A stretch of DNA of 64,000 nt, from positions 32,984,001 through 33,048,000 of the forward strand of contig NC_042999.1 in assembly GCF_006345805.1 (NCBI RefSeq), given 5' to 3'. Shown piece after piece: positions 51,158 through 63,566 of this stretch. Made by a program: the position numbers and the translations under genes. The notes under the pieces are model-generated. The model did not search any database. It saw only the letters and a program-made list of their open reading frames with translations, and was not told the origin of the DNA. Numbering within the stretch: position 1 is the first letter of the stretch; every line of letters begins with the position of its first letter. Source of the stretch: Octopus sinensis (taxonomy: Eukaryota).

Positions 51158-52330
51158 GTGTCTGAATATCTTTCAGATACAAACACACACACATGCACTC
51201 TCTCCCACCTATTCCGCATCCCTCACCCTCTTGTACTATGTTATATCTCTCTCCACCCCTACAGACTCAATAATAGAATAAAAAGAGACAACATTCCTGA
51301 AAAGATTCAATCTGAAGACTCCACTACATTGGATGCAAGCGCTAACATATGATTTATAAAAACAAGTGACATTTTAATAAATATCTGTAAATATAAAACC
51401 ATCCAGATCTTTGAGTACCTTATTTCTTCTAATATAGATATATATATATATATATGTACATATATATATATATTCATATATCTATATATATGAATATGTG
51501 TGCATATATATATTAGTGTGTGTATGTGTGTGTATTGTGTGTACGTGTGTATGAATGTGCGTGTCTGTGTGTATGTTTGTGTATGTGTGCGCGTTTAAGC
51601 GCCACCGTCTAAATGTTTGGCTACACTTTCTTTATTTAAAAGCTTATTTATTTAACATTTCCAAACATGATGTCAAACTGAACGTTACGAATAATATCCT
51701 TGTATACAAACACATGTTCACTTATTTCCTCGAATGTTGCCTTTTAAGAGATTATAGCAGATATGGGTAGAAACACCCTATTAAGTTATAACAACAGAAA
51801 ACATGTTCGCTGTTTGAAAACAATACCAAAGGCTATCTGTGTCATAAAGTTTAGCTATGATTAGCTTCATTTCCAAATAATGGAATTTATTTCTGAGAGA
51901 ATTCATAGAAAACATTGTGTTTAATATTATTCCCAATTATAATTATCCTGCTATTTTCTTTTCTTTTTACAGAAAATCTTATAAATATATTAAATAAACA
52001 AAAAACAGAATATGGCATCAAGGATTCAATTAACATCTTAAAAAAAGGAAAGCAAGCATCATAACCCTTAGTGAAGTAGATATTAAAGGAGAAACGTCTA
52101 CATCTAACTTGAATATTCGTGTTAATGATGTGTCCTTTTCTATAAAAATATATATCTCAAAACGGATCTAATCAAAATTGAAAACGATCAAGGCCATCCA
52201 AACGCACTTCAAAATGTCAATACCAAGTATTCGAAATGGATGCTTAACAGCACCAACACTTACACCAACCTTACCCAACCGAGTGACTGTTTAAATAACA
52301 CTTACATCTACGCGTGTGGATATGTGTATT

Positions 52331-52750
52331 TGCGTGTATATGTGTATAAATAGGCGTGTATAGCAGTACAGGTGCATATATATGTACATGTAGATGGGTA
52401 TGTATTCATACGTGTGTGGATATTAATGAGTCTGCACGGGCGGGCACGCACACACATGCACACACAAACATATTCATATGTTTGTATTTAATTGCATTGT
52501 ATATGTATGTATGTATGTATCCCTAATGTATATATACAATGCAATATATACATTAGGGATACATACATATATACATATACAATGCAATTAAAAACAAACA
52601 TATGTATATGTTTGTGTGTGCATGTGTGTGCGTGCCCGCGCGTGCAGACTCATTAATATCCACACACGTATGAATACATACCCATCTACACGTACATACA
52701 TATGCACCTATACTGCTATACACGCCTATGTATACACATATATACGCATA
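52331..52750. repeat. ~420 bp fold-back palindrome plus a partial third copy at about 52760-52835
   Basis: Arms mirror unique blocks, e.g. gtggatattaatgagtctgcac and gtgcagactcattaatatccac; centre at about 52536-52543. Confidence 0.9.
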
Positions 52751-53467
52751 TACACGTATATATGCGCGGGCATGCACACACAAACATATACATATGTTTG
52801 TATTTAATTGCATTGTATATGTATATATGTATGTATCTCTAATGTATATATGTGTACTATGTAATGTATATATGTACTATGTAATGTATATACGTTTACT
52901 ATGGAGCGTACGATTCCAACTCTACCACTATTTTACTTTGTAACCTTGGACGACAGCGTTTTAGCAGTCAGAAACCTCTATTGTCACATCTCTTGAACAG
53001 ATGTTTATAGCCATCTATAAAGATAATCCTTTCTTGATTCTTTTCTTGTTTCTTTCCTTCTCTCTCCTTTTCTTCCCACTCTTACGTGTTTTGAATCTCG
53101 AACTTTGCTTTATCGTTCATTATCTCTCGACATATATTTATTGTTATCATTTTAACGCTTTTGTTTCTATATTTTACTGCTATATTTTCTATTCTATTTA
53201 ACCCACTGTTGTATTTTGGGTGACTAAAAAAATCCAGGTGATAATGTCACCTTCAATACGGTAGGGTAATTGTAACCTTTGTATTAGCTAAGTTGAACAT
53301 GGCGCATTGTATAACCAATGCACTAAGTAAATATATCTAACGTGCATTTAATTCTGCCACTCACTCAGTTTCGATGAGGGTCAAGATAATACATTCTATA
53401 AGTACATCCTTCTGTTTTGTCATTTGTTATTGTTAATGTTCTATTTCACTATATGTAAATATATATA

Positions 53468-53535
<68 letters not shown>

Positions 53536-53560
53536 GTATATGTATATATATATATATATA

Positions 53561-53837
53561 AATTAGAAAAAACACCTTTTATCAATTCAAAATGAACAAT
53601 TAAATTACACAATCTAGAAAATTAAAAGTAAAATAACAATAATATACTGATGATTAAGTAAATTGCAAAATAATAATATAAACTTATATATTTGGTATAT
53701 ATAAGTTTATATTATTATTTTGCAATTTACTTAATCATTGGTATATTATTGTTATTTTTTTTTCTAGTTATGTAATTTTCTAAGTGGTGTAATTTAATTG
53801 TTCATTTTGAATTGATAAAATGTGTCTTTTTCTAATT
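53561..53837. repeat. ~275 bp AT-rich fold-back palindrome
   Basis: tgattaagtaaattgcaaaataataatataaacttatata and tatataagtttatattattattttgcaatttacttaatca; centre near 53691-53697; starts at (TA)n. Confidence 0.9.
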
Positions 53838-53867
53838 TTTATATTTTTTTTTTTTTTTTTTTTGTAC

Positions 53868-54061
53868 TTGTTTCAGTCATTTGACTGCGGCCATGCTGGA
53901 GCACCGCCTTTAGAGTACAGCAGGGATCACCACCTCCTGCCGGAGCCTCGTGGAGCTTTTAGGTGTTTTTTTCGCTCAATAAACACACACAACGCCCGGT
54001 CTGGGAATCGAAACCGCGATCCTCCGACCGCAAGTCCGCTGCCCTAACCACTAGGCCATTG
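53868..54061 (-). mobile_element. tRNA-derived SINE (minus strand, 53922-54061) joined to a short plus-strand SINE fragment
   Basis: Minus strand has A box TGGCCTAGTGG and B box GGTTTCGATTCC. The plus-strand piece 53868-53922 resembles 34068. Confidence 0.75.
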
Positions 54062-54134
54062 CATACATTATATTTTGTGAAATTTGATTTAGTATTTCTA
54101 AATTGAATTTTTCCCTGTAATTTAGGAATAATAT

Positions 54135-54447
54135 TCCCTCAAATCTGGACCCCTTTCGGTCACGACACAGACCATGGGATTGCACCAAGAAAGTTACCCT
54201 CCTAGTCACAAGTCTGGGCAAGGTGGTTTATGGAAGACCAGCAGTCGCCCATGCATACCGGCCTCACCTCTCCACGCCACCAGTGTTATCCAAGGGAAAG
54301 GCAACTCATTTCTACAGCTGAGTTAACTGAAGCAACTTGAAATAAAGTGTCTTGCTCAAGAACACAACACGCAGCCCGGTCCGGGATTCGAGCGCACAAC
54401 CTCACGATCGTAAGCTCGACGCTCTAATCACTGAGCCATGCGCCTTC
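54135..54447 (-). mobile_element. tRNA-derived SINE with a LINE-like tail
   Basis: Minus strand has A box TGGCTCAGTG and B box GCTCGAATCCC; tail ...gcatgggcgactgctggtcttccataaa...gcaatcccatggtc. Confidence 0.75.
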
Positions 54448-54461
54448 CCTCAAATAATTAC

Positions 54462-54547
<86 letters not shown>

Positions 54548-54899
54548 ATACTGATGACGGGGCAATACTCTGAAGCTCGGGTCATTGTGTATCACGTCAG
54601 GCTGGAGATGGAAACGATGACTTTACAAATACTGATAGGACACAGATAGTGTGTCGATAACCAGCTGTGGGAGATGTCCTCCTCTGGCTACAAGCTACAG
54701 TAGCTTCAAGCCTTATGTATATTTGCCACATTTTGGTGGCAAATATACTTCACGATGTCGAATAATTATAACTACAGTTTATAAATACGTTCAGAGATTT
54801 ATTATCGCTTATATATAGAGTGAGGAACCAACTTTTGAAAAATAATAGATAATTAGCAAAATAGTGTATTTTATAACAACCAGGAACCTGACATGAGTA

Positions 54900-55790
54900 T
54901 AATTATAACACAGTTATAGGGGTATAAAGAGACAATTTATTCTTGTCCGCTTTCATTGTGTATCACAGCCTGAAAGCGTCAAAGCTCTTCACAATGAAGT
55001 ACTCAGTCATGTTGCCCCAAACTTCCCTTAAGATTGCTAAAGATGATCAATACTTGGATGCGAAGTTATGTTGGGTGAGTGCTCCAATTTGCCCCATACG
55101 GGATAGTGCAAGGAGATCAAGTCTGAACAGGAAGAAGGCCAGAATTTGGCAGGCAAAATTTCGGTGAAATTTTCACAGATCTTCTGTATTTTCTTCGCCT
55201 TATGAGCAGGAGCACAATCTTGGGCCCACACTAATTACCATTGGGATAGTTAGACTTCAGCCAAAGCAAAATCTTATAACGCAGGATTTTATAATAAATT
55301 TCAGCACCCCGCACAACAGCCTTTTCCCCAAACTTGACAAAATGGAGGAGCATCTTTTTTCCGTCAGACGCCACGACTCCGAATACCATAACTTGAGCTG
55401 GGTGCTTGATCCAAAACACATGCTTTACTGCAGAAGGTGACATAGCAATGTATTGCGACGATTTAAATCAATATCAACGGTAAAATATTTTCTGAAAAGA
55501 TTTTGACAGTTTGTCCAATGAGCTTCAGTTATCACAACACTTCTCTTGGCCTTTTCATGCTTTCTGGCTTTCACTGCGTGGGTCAATGGGTATCTTGGTC
55601 TCTCTATTTACGTATAACCTCAACTGTAAATCAGTGTGCGCAGCAGTTCTGATGGTCATTCGATCAAACTTCATTTCCATTAACAGTTTTCTCGTGGATG
55701 TTGTCGGGTCTTTCGGAGTTTTGCTTTGAGTGATTTAAGAAATGCATTATCATGTTTTCATAGTTTTATATTTATGCTTCCACTTCCTTG
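54900..55790 (-). mobile_element. Decayed Tc1/mariner transposase, maT (DD37D-like)
   Basis: KHPAQVMVFGVVASDGKKM, YYKILRY.IL.WLKSNYP, QDCAPAH, FWPSSCSDL.SL.Y.VWG. Spacing between the second D and the third site is 36 here. TIRs were not resolved. Confidence 0.8.
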
Positions 55791-55829
55791 TTTTCTCTTG
55801 ATGCCTACCACATCCAGTGTTCACAGGGT

Positions 55830-56905
55830 GGAATATGTATCATAGGATGAAAGAAATGTGTTGCCAACAAGCAGTCTGGGATGGGATATCAAACAGCAGA
55901 CTGAATCCATGCTTGCAAATATTAGAATTAACAATATAATACCTACAGAAAATGTGATGCACCGACAAATATTTAAGGAACAATATGAAGGAAGAGTAAA
56001 CAACTGGAAAACGAAACTAATGCTTGGACAATACTTCAGAGAAATTGAAGGAAAATACAGGATCAACATATCGACAAGGTTAAGAAAAAGTGAACTGAAA
56101 GGATGCATTGAGGCACTGAAATGCAGTGTCCGGGAACAAACTCTGAGAACTAATTACACCAAGTTCCAAATAGTTGAGAGTAGCGAATCGCCACTTAGTG
56201 GATGGTGTGGCAGCAGAAACGAAACAATCTGACACATTGTGAGTGAATGTAGCAAGCTGCCACATAAGCACTACAAAATGAGATGTAATAACGTGACTAA
56301 GTTCATCTACTGAAGGTTATGTGGAACGTACAGCCTGAATAGAGGACGGAAATGGTGCGATTATGAACCAGGAGTCAACGAAAACAAATACAATAAGATA
56401 CTGTGAGATTTTACAATCCAATATGACTCCCAAATCGAGGCTCGAAGACCAGATATTGTTCTGATAGATAAGGAAAAAAGAAACCAGAATCATAGATTTG
56501 CAATACCTGGAGATGTACGCATAAGTTATAAAGAACTAGAAAGTATTGAAAATTACAAACCACTAAAATACGATTTGCCAGAATGTAGACTACGAGGAGA
56601 GTTTCTGTCATAGCAGTAGTTGTAGGAGTACTCAGAACACTAACAACAAGGTCTTAGAAATATGTAAAACAAAACAGAATTGACATGAGACCAGAGCATG
56701 AAGAACAAAAACTACTGTTAGATAGATACAGCTAGGAATTTGAGATTAGTACTTGGATGTTGAATGTCTCCCTCGATAAATAACAACGAAGTATCAAAGC
56801 TTATAACAGGCGGAAAGAGACCGTATACGACCTTAGACAGCAGGTTGCTGTTCACTCTAACAAAATCTATCAGAACAATAAAATCGAACGTTCTAAGAAG
56901 TTATG
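55830..56905 (+). mobile_element. R4/Dong-like LINE C-terminus and 3' UTR
   Basis: MLGQYFRE, EQTLRTNY, WCGSRNETI.HIVSECSKL, DFTIQYD..IEARRPDIVLID; ends in (AAT)n. Confidence 0.85.
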
Positions 56906-56912
56906 CGATAGC

Positions 56913-56945
<33 letters not shown>

Positions 56946-56962
56946 TAATAATAATAATAATG

Positions 56963-57020
<58 letters not shown>

Positions 57021-57035
57021 CAACAACAACAACAA
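56906..57035 (+). repeat. (AAT)n(AAC)n tract between two R4/Dong copies
   Basis: Direct reading of the sequence. Confidence 0.95.
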
Positions 57036-57074
57036 CCGTGATAAGTCTGTGATTAATTGCAACATCCACCCACC

Positions 57075-58170
57075 AAATGCTTATAAGTAGAATGATTTTT
57101 GAGAAGTGCCGGAGCAAAAAGGATTGGGGTACGACGTGGATATACTATAGGAAAGCGTCTAACGTTGACCCTCATCAATGGACATCCAAAGACCTTGAGA
57201 TATACAAGATCTCTCCCGTCGTCTTGAGTTTCTTACAAAATAACATAGCCAATTAGAACACACGTCACTTTCCAAATCATAGTAATGGGATGGGGCAATC
57301 CAAGTGTATCAACATGAAACGAGACATCGTTGAAGCTGTCTCCCTCTCTCGATTAATATTATGCATTGCAATGATCCAACTTCCAAATTTATTGAATAAT
57401 TCCGGATATGAGTATAAAATTCTTAACAATATAATAAACTATCTTTTTCACATGATACGATCTGAAGCTGTTTGCAAAGAATGACGAAGAATTAGAAGGG
57501 CTAATGGATTTTGGCTTCTATAAGTGTACTAATGCAACTTTTGTAAAAGGCAAGCTCAGATAAACAACTTTCATTAAACTAGATATAGACATTACCATAA
57601 AAGAAATTGACCAGCTTGAGAATTATAAATACCTAGGAATAAACGAAAGAGATGATATTTTTCATGCCGCTGTGAATTAAAAAGGTAAAAAAAAGTACTA
57701 TAGGAGAATAGGATTCGTACTGAAGACTGAACTTGACTCTAAAAATCACATCGAAGCCAGTAACACTCTAGTACTTTCAGTAATCCAATAAATGTTTAAC
57801 ATCATTGACTGGAGTTTTACGGAACTCCAACATATGGGCAGGCAGACAAGAAAATTATTGGCATCTGAGAATATACACTACCCTAATGCAGATGTTGACC
57901 CTCTGTATCTACCTAGAAGCTATGCAGGAAGAGGAATGATGCAATTAGAACTTTGCTAAAAAAACACCTCTGCTATAGGAATGAATAGATACTTATCTAG
58001 TACAGAAGACTGGATGCTGCTACTTGTACGAGAAATTGAGAGCCGCAAAAAGTCGCGTTTCATTGTCAAGGAATCTTGTGAATTTACAAGAAAACTTGCC
58101 GTCAATCCTGAATTAGAGTAAGAAACTGAAACCAAGCAAGTAAAACGAATCAGGCAGATACCTAAAAAGT
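57075..58170 (+). mobile_element. R4/Dong-like RT fragment, truncated at both ends
   Basis: MLISRMIFEKC, WIYYRKA..V.PH.W, KRDIVEAVSLSRLILCIAMI (degenerate GIFQGDSLSPL), YKYLGI, ADVD.LYLPRS..GRG. Confidence 0.8.
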
Positions 58171-58185
58171 GTATTGACGCTTTCA

Positions 58186-58320
58186 GCACGCATGCGCAGA
58201 ATTGGATTACTTCCGGTAGGCCGCCGGAAGTTTCCTCATGTGCATGCGCAGGAACTGCAACCTGAAAGGTTACCCGCTAAATCCGTCTTTTTGAGAGAGC
58301 AGCCCTAACGAACGGAAGTG
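58186..58320. promoter_or_regulatory. Housekeeping-type promoter motif cluster (NRF1 x2, ETS/GABP x3, CCAAT)
   Basis: ACGCATGCGCA 58188, ATTGG 58201, ACTTCCGGT 58209, GCCGGAAGT 58223, TGCATGCGCA 58241, ACGGAAGTG 58312; local GC and CpG enrichment. Confidence 0.7.
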
Positions 58321-60020
58321 ACTAAAACTTCTCTCAGTGAAAACCCTACGCATAGAGAAGCTCTCTTCGAAGCAGGAACAGAGACCGTATCTTTTTGGCT
58401 CACCCGAGGGAACATTTGTAAACAGTCCTGTGGACTTAGCTGCCGGTTCGCTCTTAAGAAATATATATGTATATATTTTACCTGTGAACCCGAAGAATAA
58501 AGTGTTATTTATTGTTATCGAAGATAGCCGGATTTTTGGTTCCTTTTCTTCGACAATTTTATGTGGCAAGATAAGACCAGACACCCCTCAAGTGTTCCTG
58601 AAACTCTCATCTTGTTACAAAAGAATGGGCAGAAACAAAGTAAGAATCAGTGGAGCCAGAAATACTTCAAAGCACAGCAGCGATTATTTGGTAGTGAACT
58701 TAGGCCTCGAACACTCTGTTTATGTATTGGTTCCAGAGATTTTCCTTTGGAGGAAGGAGTGTTTTCGTTTTGTATCCCGCTTGAACTGGGTCACCAGAGA
58801 GCTCTATAGGCGCACACAAATGATGGTGTCGAGCACTTCAGAAATAGATGCGTAGAAATTCAATGTGAAAACATCAAAATTAGCTACATTTAACAGTGAA
58901 AGAAGAAAGTCTTTTTACCGATGTCCAGCAAATGGAAACCATACATAGAACCATGTTCAGATGATATTCAGAATTTGCAATATAATTCTTATATTTATCA
59001 CAAAAGATTCTTGCATAATTTTCTGTTCGCCTAGAGCGCTGAGATTAAGTTTGGTTGTCCACACAAGAAGCAGACTGACTACGAACTCGTAAATTTCTTC
59101 CTAAACACAACCATATTACCTACCATGTATACTGATATTTTTTCCCACTGATAGAAAAGTGCGGGCAAAGAATGATCTCAAACATATTTTCACTATTTAG
59201 TGGGCAATTTGCCATAGCACTGGCATAATAATTGGATGCAATCGATGTATAGCTAATATCATCTTACATTATTTGTATTATTTTCAAACTTTAATAGCGG
59301 ATTATGCAATGAGGAACTTTATATTAATATTCTAAGATAATTATCATACAAAGAAAATCGTAAAAAAGGTTCTTGAATCTGGAGATGGAAATTTAATTAG
59401 CTGTTGTCTCGGGAGAGCAAATTAATAATTATATGAACTTAATCAGCCATGAGTAAAGTAGTTTTAAGTGTAGCAACCATATTAAAAACTACTCATGCTG
59501 TATTTATGAAAAATACGGAAACATTTTTCCTACAAAAGATAGCTAAAATGTTTGATCATCGATTGATATAGCAGAAGAAATTAAAAGTAAAATACAGAAT
59601 GTTTAGTTTGAAAACATTTCAGTGACCTTTATAACGAGTGTGTTAAAACTGGAGAAAGTATGACTGCTGGAAGATTTTACATTTGTCTCATATTTCAGGA
59701 AACGTAAAAGTAGCATTGATTATTACAAAACGTACAAGAGCTACTAAAATATCAAAGTAAATAAAGATTATGATTTAGTGCTGGTCTACTTCAGATGTTA
59801 AAAAGAAATTAGAAAGTCATATATAATCGCTATTTTATGAGATTATTTTCTTTGTATTTGTCACAACAGTCGTAGTCAAAATAATTGCCAGACACTGTAT
59901 TATTCAATTAAACCTATGTTTACTTACCAAAATACCTGTGTCTCTGTATTTTGTAATATGGCTATGGTGTTGTAATTATACATCTCAAAGTATGTATATA
60001 TATGTGTGTGTGTGTGTGTG

Positions 60021-60106
<86 letters not shown>

Positions 60107-60109
60107 AAT

Positions 60110-60228
<119 letters not shown>

Positions 60229-61327
60229 TGCATCCAGAAAGTGAATGATAGTTGCTCGTAAGTCATTGTCACTTCTATATTTACATAAATACGTAACTGG
60301 AATTTATATTTTCTTTACTGGTGTTGACTGTAGCTGCCTAGCTATCGACCCTCCTCAAACAAATTAGTCAGTCACCTAGACAAATGGCTATGCATTCATC
60401 TATTTATGTACCCATATATACCTATATACCTGCATCAATCATCCATGTAAGCAGTTATTTAACTATCTATCAAGTGTATTGGTTAAATGTGAGACAAAAC
60501 GGCTTTCGTGTCATATCTAAGTATGCTTTCTGTTACCAGCCTATCTATACGCGACTTGTTCTTGAATTTAGTGCTACATCTGGTGTAGGAATATAGGTAT
60601 GTTTTTCGAGCATGCTTTAGTTATGGAACATAATTGCTGGTTGGCTAAAATTATCAACATATTCAAATGGAATGCTAGAAATCGGTGATTTGTACAACAA
60701 AGTAGAATATATATTTGAATCATCAGCATACAAGTGTTAGTATTTGCATGGACTGTTCCTAAGTCCCTGTGTCCTCATCGATATGACGAAGAATTGTCTA
60801 TTATTAATGTGAATAACCTTAATATGAATTTGTACATTTACTAAATTATGAAAACATAAAAGTTTATATATTATGCTGATACAATAAATGACACTATACT
60901 TTTTAAGAATTTTCATACAAATTTTGTCGTATTTAGCAAGGCTTAATGATAAACACACGCTCCAGTTCAATTTTACTCGTTCATTGATAATCAAATGGTT
61001 AACTATATAGCTCTACTAATTAATTCATCGTTCGTTTAATCTGTTAATTAAACATGCAGACATTTGTCAAAGTTTCTCTTCGTTAACCGCAAACTCATCG
61101 GTGGTACGCTTTCTCTACTCTAGGTCTTTTATCATATCTTACCGTAGATGGGTTTGCTTTGTCATAGAACATTTGGAGTCGAATAAGCATATGACTAAAA
61201 CCGATATAGCTTAAAGAAATTGCGAGTAGATTTGCATTATCTAATATCCGTACCGAAAGATTTGACGGCAAATGAGAAATTATTTCTAGCAAAACGCATT
61301 CATGATTATTGCTAAGCTTTTATTGTA

Positions 61328-62596
61328 GGAGGGGCGTTCAATAAGTATTGCCTCTGACCCACTTGCAGTTGTTTGATGTAGCTGAAATTTTGCATTTTGC
61401 AATTATTTATATCTCTATAGATTAAGTGGCAAATTACAGCTCTGAACTAATTGTGGTTTCTGATATAGAGGTGTTTGAACTGAGTCAAGTGTGAAATGGA
61501 GCCTGTTGAGTGTCGAGCAGTGATCCGGTTTTTGTATTTGAAAGGGCGCACACCACGGGAGACTTTTGATGAAATGAAAGTAACTTATGGTGATGATGCC
61601 CCATCATATGACCTTGTAAAACGCTGGCATCATGAATTCAAACATGGTTGGAACTCTGTGGAAACAGCTCCCAGATCTGGTCGCCCCCCTTCTGCCATTG
61701 ATGAGGCATCTGTCCGTCAAGTTGAGGCTGCCATTTTGGAAGATCGACGCATAACTATTCGCCAAATAGCCCATGAGGTCAAGTTTAGTACCGGGTCTGT
61801 GGAAACTATCATTCATGACCATTTGCATATGCAAAAAGTTTCTGCCAGATGGATTCCCAGGTTGCTCACACTTTTCCAGAAGCAAGAACGCGTCGAGTGC
61901 TCGAGGATGAATTTGGAGATGTGCCAAGAAGACGAGTCAAAATTTTTCAAAAGACTGATTACACAGGATGAAACCTGGGTCCATCACTATGATCCAGAGT
62001 CAAAAGCCCAGTCAATGCAGTGGAAGCACCGTGACTCACCTCCTCCAAAGAAGGCAAGGGTGCAGCCCTTCGCTGGCAAGGTCATGCTCAGTCTTCTGGG
62101 ACCAGGACAGAGTAGTGATGACAGATTTCCTGGCAAAGGGTACCGCAATTACAGGAGCCTATTATGCTTCACTTTTGAGGAAATTAAGAGAAGCTATCAA
62201 AATCAAGAGGCGGGGCAAGATCAGCAAAGGCATCCTCCTCCTGCAGGACAACGCTCCAGTCTACAACTCGCGTGTCGCCAGATCAGAAGCACAGGCGTAT
62301 GGCTATGAACTCCTCCCCTTGCACCCTCTGATTTTCACCTGTTCCCAGCCATGAAGTTGATTTTGAAAGGAAAGCGTTTCCCAGATGATGCAGCCTTGAT
62401 TTCTGAAGTCACGTCGTGGTTGGAGGACCAATCTGGGGTCCTCTACAAAAACGGTCTCCAGAGTTGCATCAAAAGATGGGAAAAATGTGTAACTCTGAGT
62501 GATTCCTATGTAGAAAATGACTAATAACTGTGCCAAGTTTCGTTGCTCTACTGCTATGGGAAGTGGGTCAGGGCATTACTTATTGAACGCCCCTCG
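61328..62596 (+). mobile_element. Full-span mariner (DD34D) with a frameshifted transposase (61496-62524)
   Basis: TIRs (G/C)GAGGGGCGTTCAATAAGTA(T/A)TGCC with TA on both sides. Motifs SARWIPRLL, TQDETW, QDNAP, APSDF. Frameshifts near 62090 and 62320. Confidence 0.95.
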
Positions 62597-62718
62597 TATT
62601 TATAACAGAAGTGTCTAATACGCCAAAACGGATTATTGTTCATTTTTATATTCAAACATTTGGATACATAATTGGTCTAGCAATATAGGGTTCTATTTTT
62701 CATTTATTTATAAAACTA

Positions 62719-63566
62719 TGTAGCAGCTACGTCTCAATGACATAGTGAAAAACTCATTGCATGTACTACAATTAATTACTAGCATGCTCTAGAAAATTCA
62801 GAACATTATATCCCGTATGCCTACTGGAAAAAACTTCAGATTGTCTGAAGTAACCCCCACTTCAAAATAAGGCACACTTTCAACCTTTCAAATGAAATAA
62901 ATGATTGATGTTTTTTAATGAATGCTTTTTACATATCAGACTAAGAAGAAATTACTTTCGCAGACTAACGACCTATAATCAATTGGTTTATGTGTGCATT
63001 TTTCACGTCGTGGTAAAATATTAGATTCTAGTTGATAACTAGTGAAATGTGATATAGAGAGAAAATCCAGAAAAAGAAATGTACAATTGCAAATAAACAT
63101 ATGTGTCTATACCATGCTTAAATGTATTGTTTTATAGAGAAAAACAAAGAAATTCAGTTATCAGGTTAAAGTGTTCCATGAACATCAAATAAACATCTGT
63201 ATGTGGCGATCTTTTCCAAGCATTAGAAAACGTGAATAGTGCGAAACTCTTATGTTATCATATTCAACACGAACCGGAAAAATATTCACGTTATCGGCAA
63301 GGGAAAACGATCGAAAATATTAAATAACTGCGAGCACATTTTGGTCGTAGATTTTTAGTGAAATTGCAGTGTGCCACTCTAAATCAAGTGTCATTGAAAT
63401 ATAACATTTTATCTACATAATATTAATTAGCCAAATGCACTCTAAATTCATGTTAATTATTCATAAACTAGAAATATAATGTTCTGAATTTTCTAGAGCA
63501 TGCTAGTAATTAATTGTAGTACATGCAATGAGTTTTTCACTATGTCATTGAGACGTAGCTGCTACA
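62719..63566. repeat. Perfect 93 bp inverted repeat around a 662 bp spacer (MITE/foldback-like)
   Basis: 62719-62811 is the exact reverse complement of 63474-63566 by eye; termini TGT...ACA; no TSD seen. Confidence 0.9.

Noticed and set aside
52950-53420. Penelope endonuclease tail and pseudo-LTR
   Set aside because: SLEQMFIAIYK is suggestive but too decayed to support a call.
53922-54061. Functional tRNA gene (also 22845 and 54380-54447)
   Set aside because: A and B boxes are present but run into SINE bodies, with no complete cloverleaf or terminator.
58625-58855. MADS-box (MGRKKI-like) or NOL12-like N-terminus from MGRNKVRIS
   Set aside because: Similarity is limited to 5-9 residues and the MADS core is absent, so no gene symbol was assigned.
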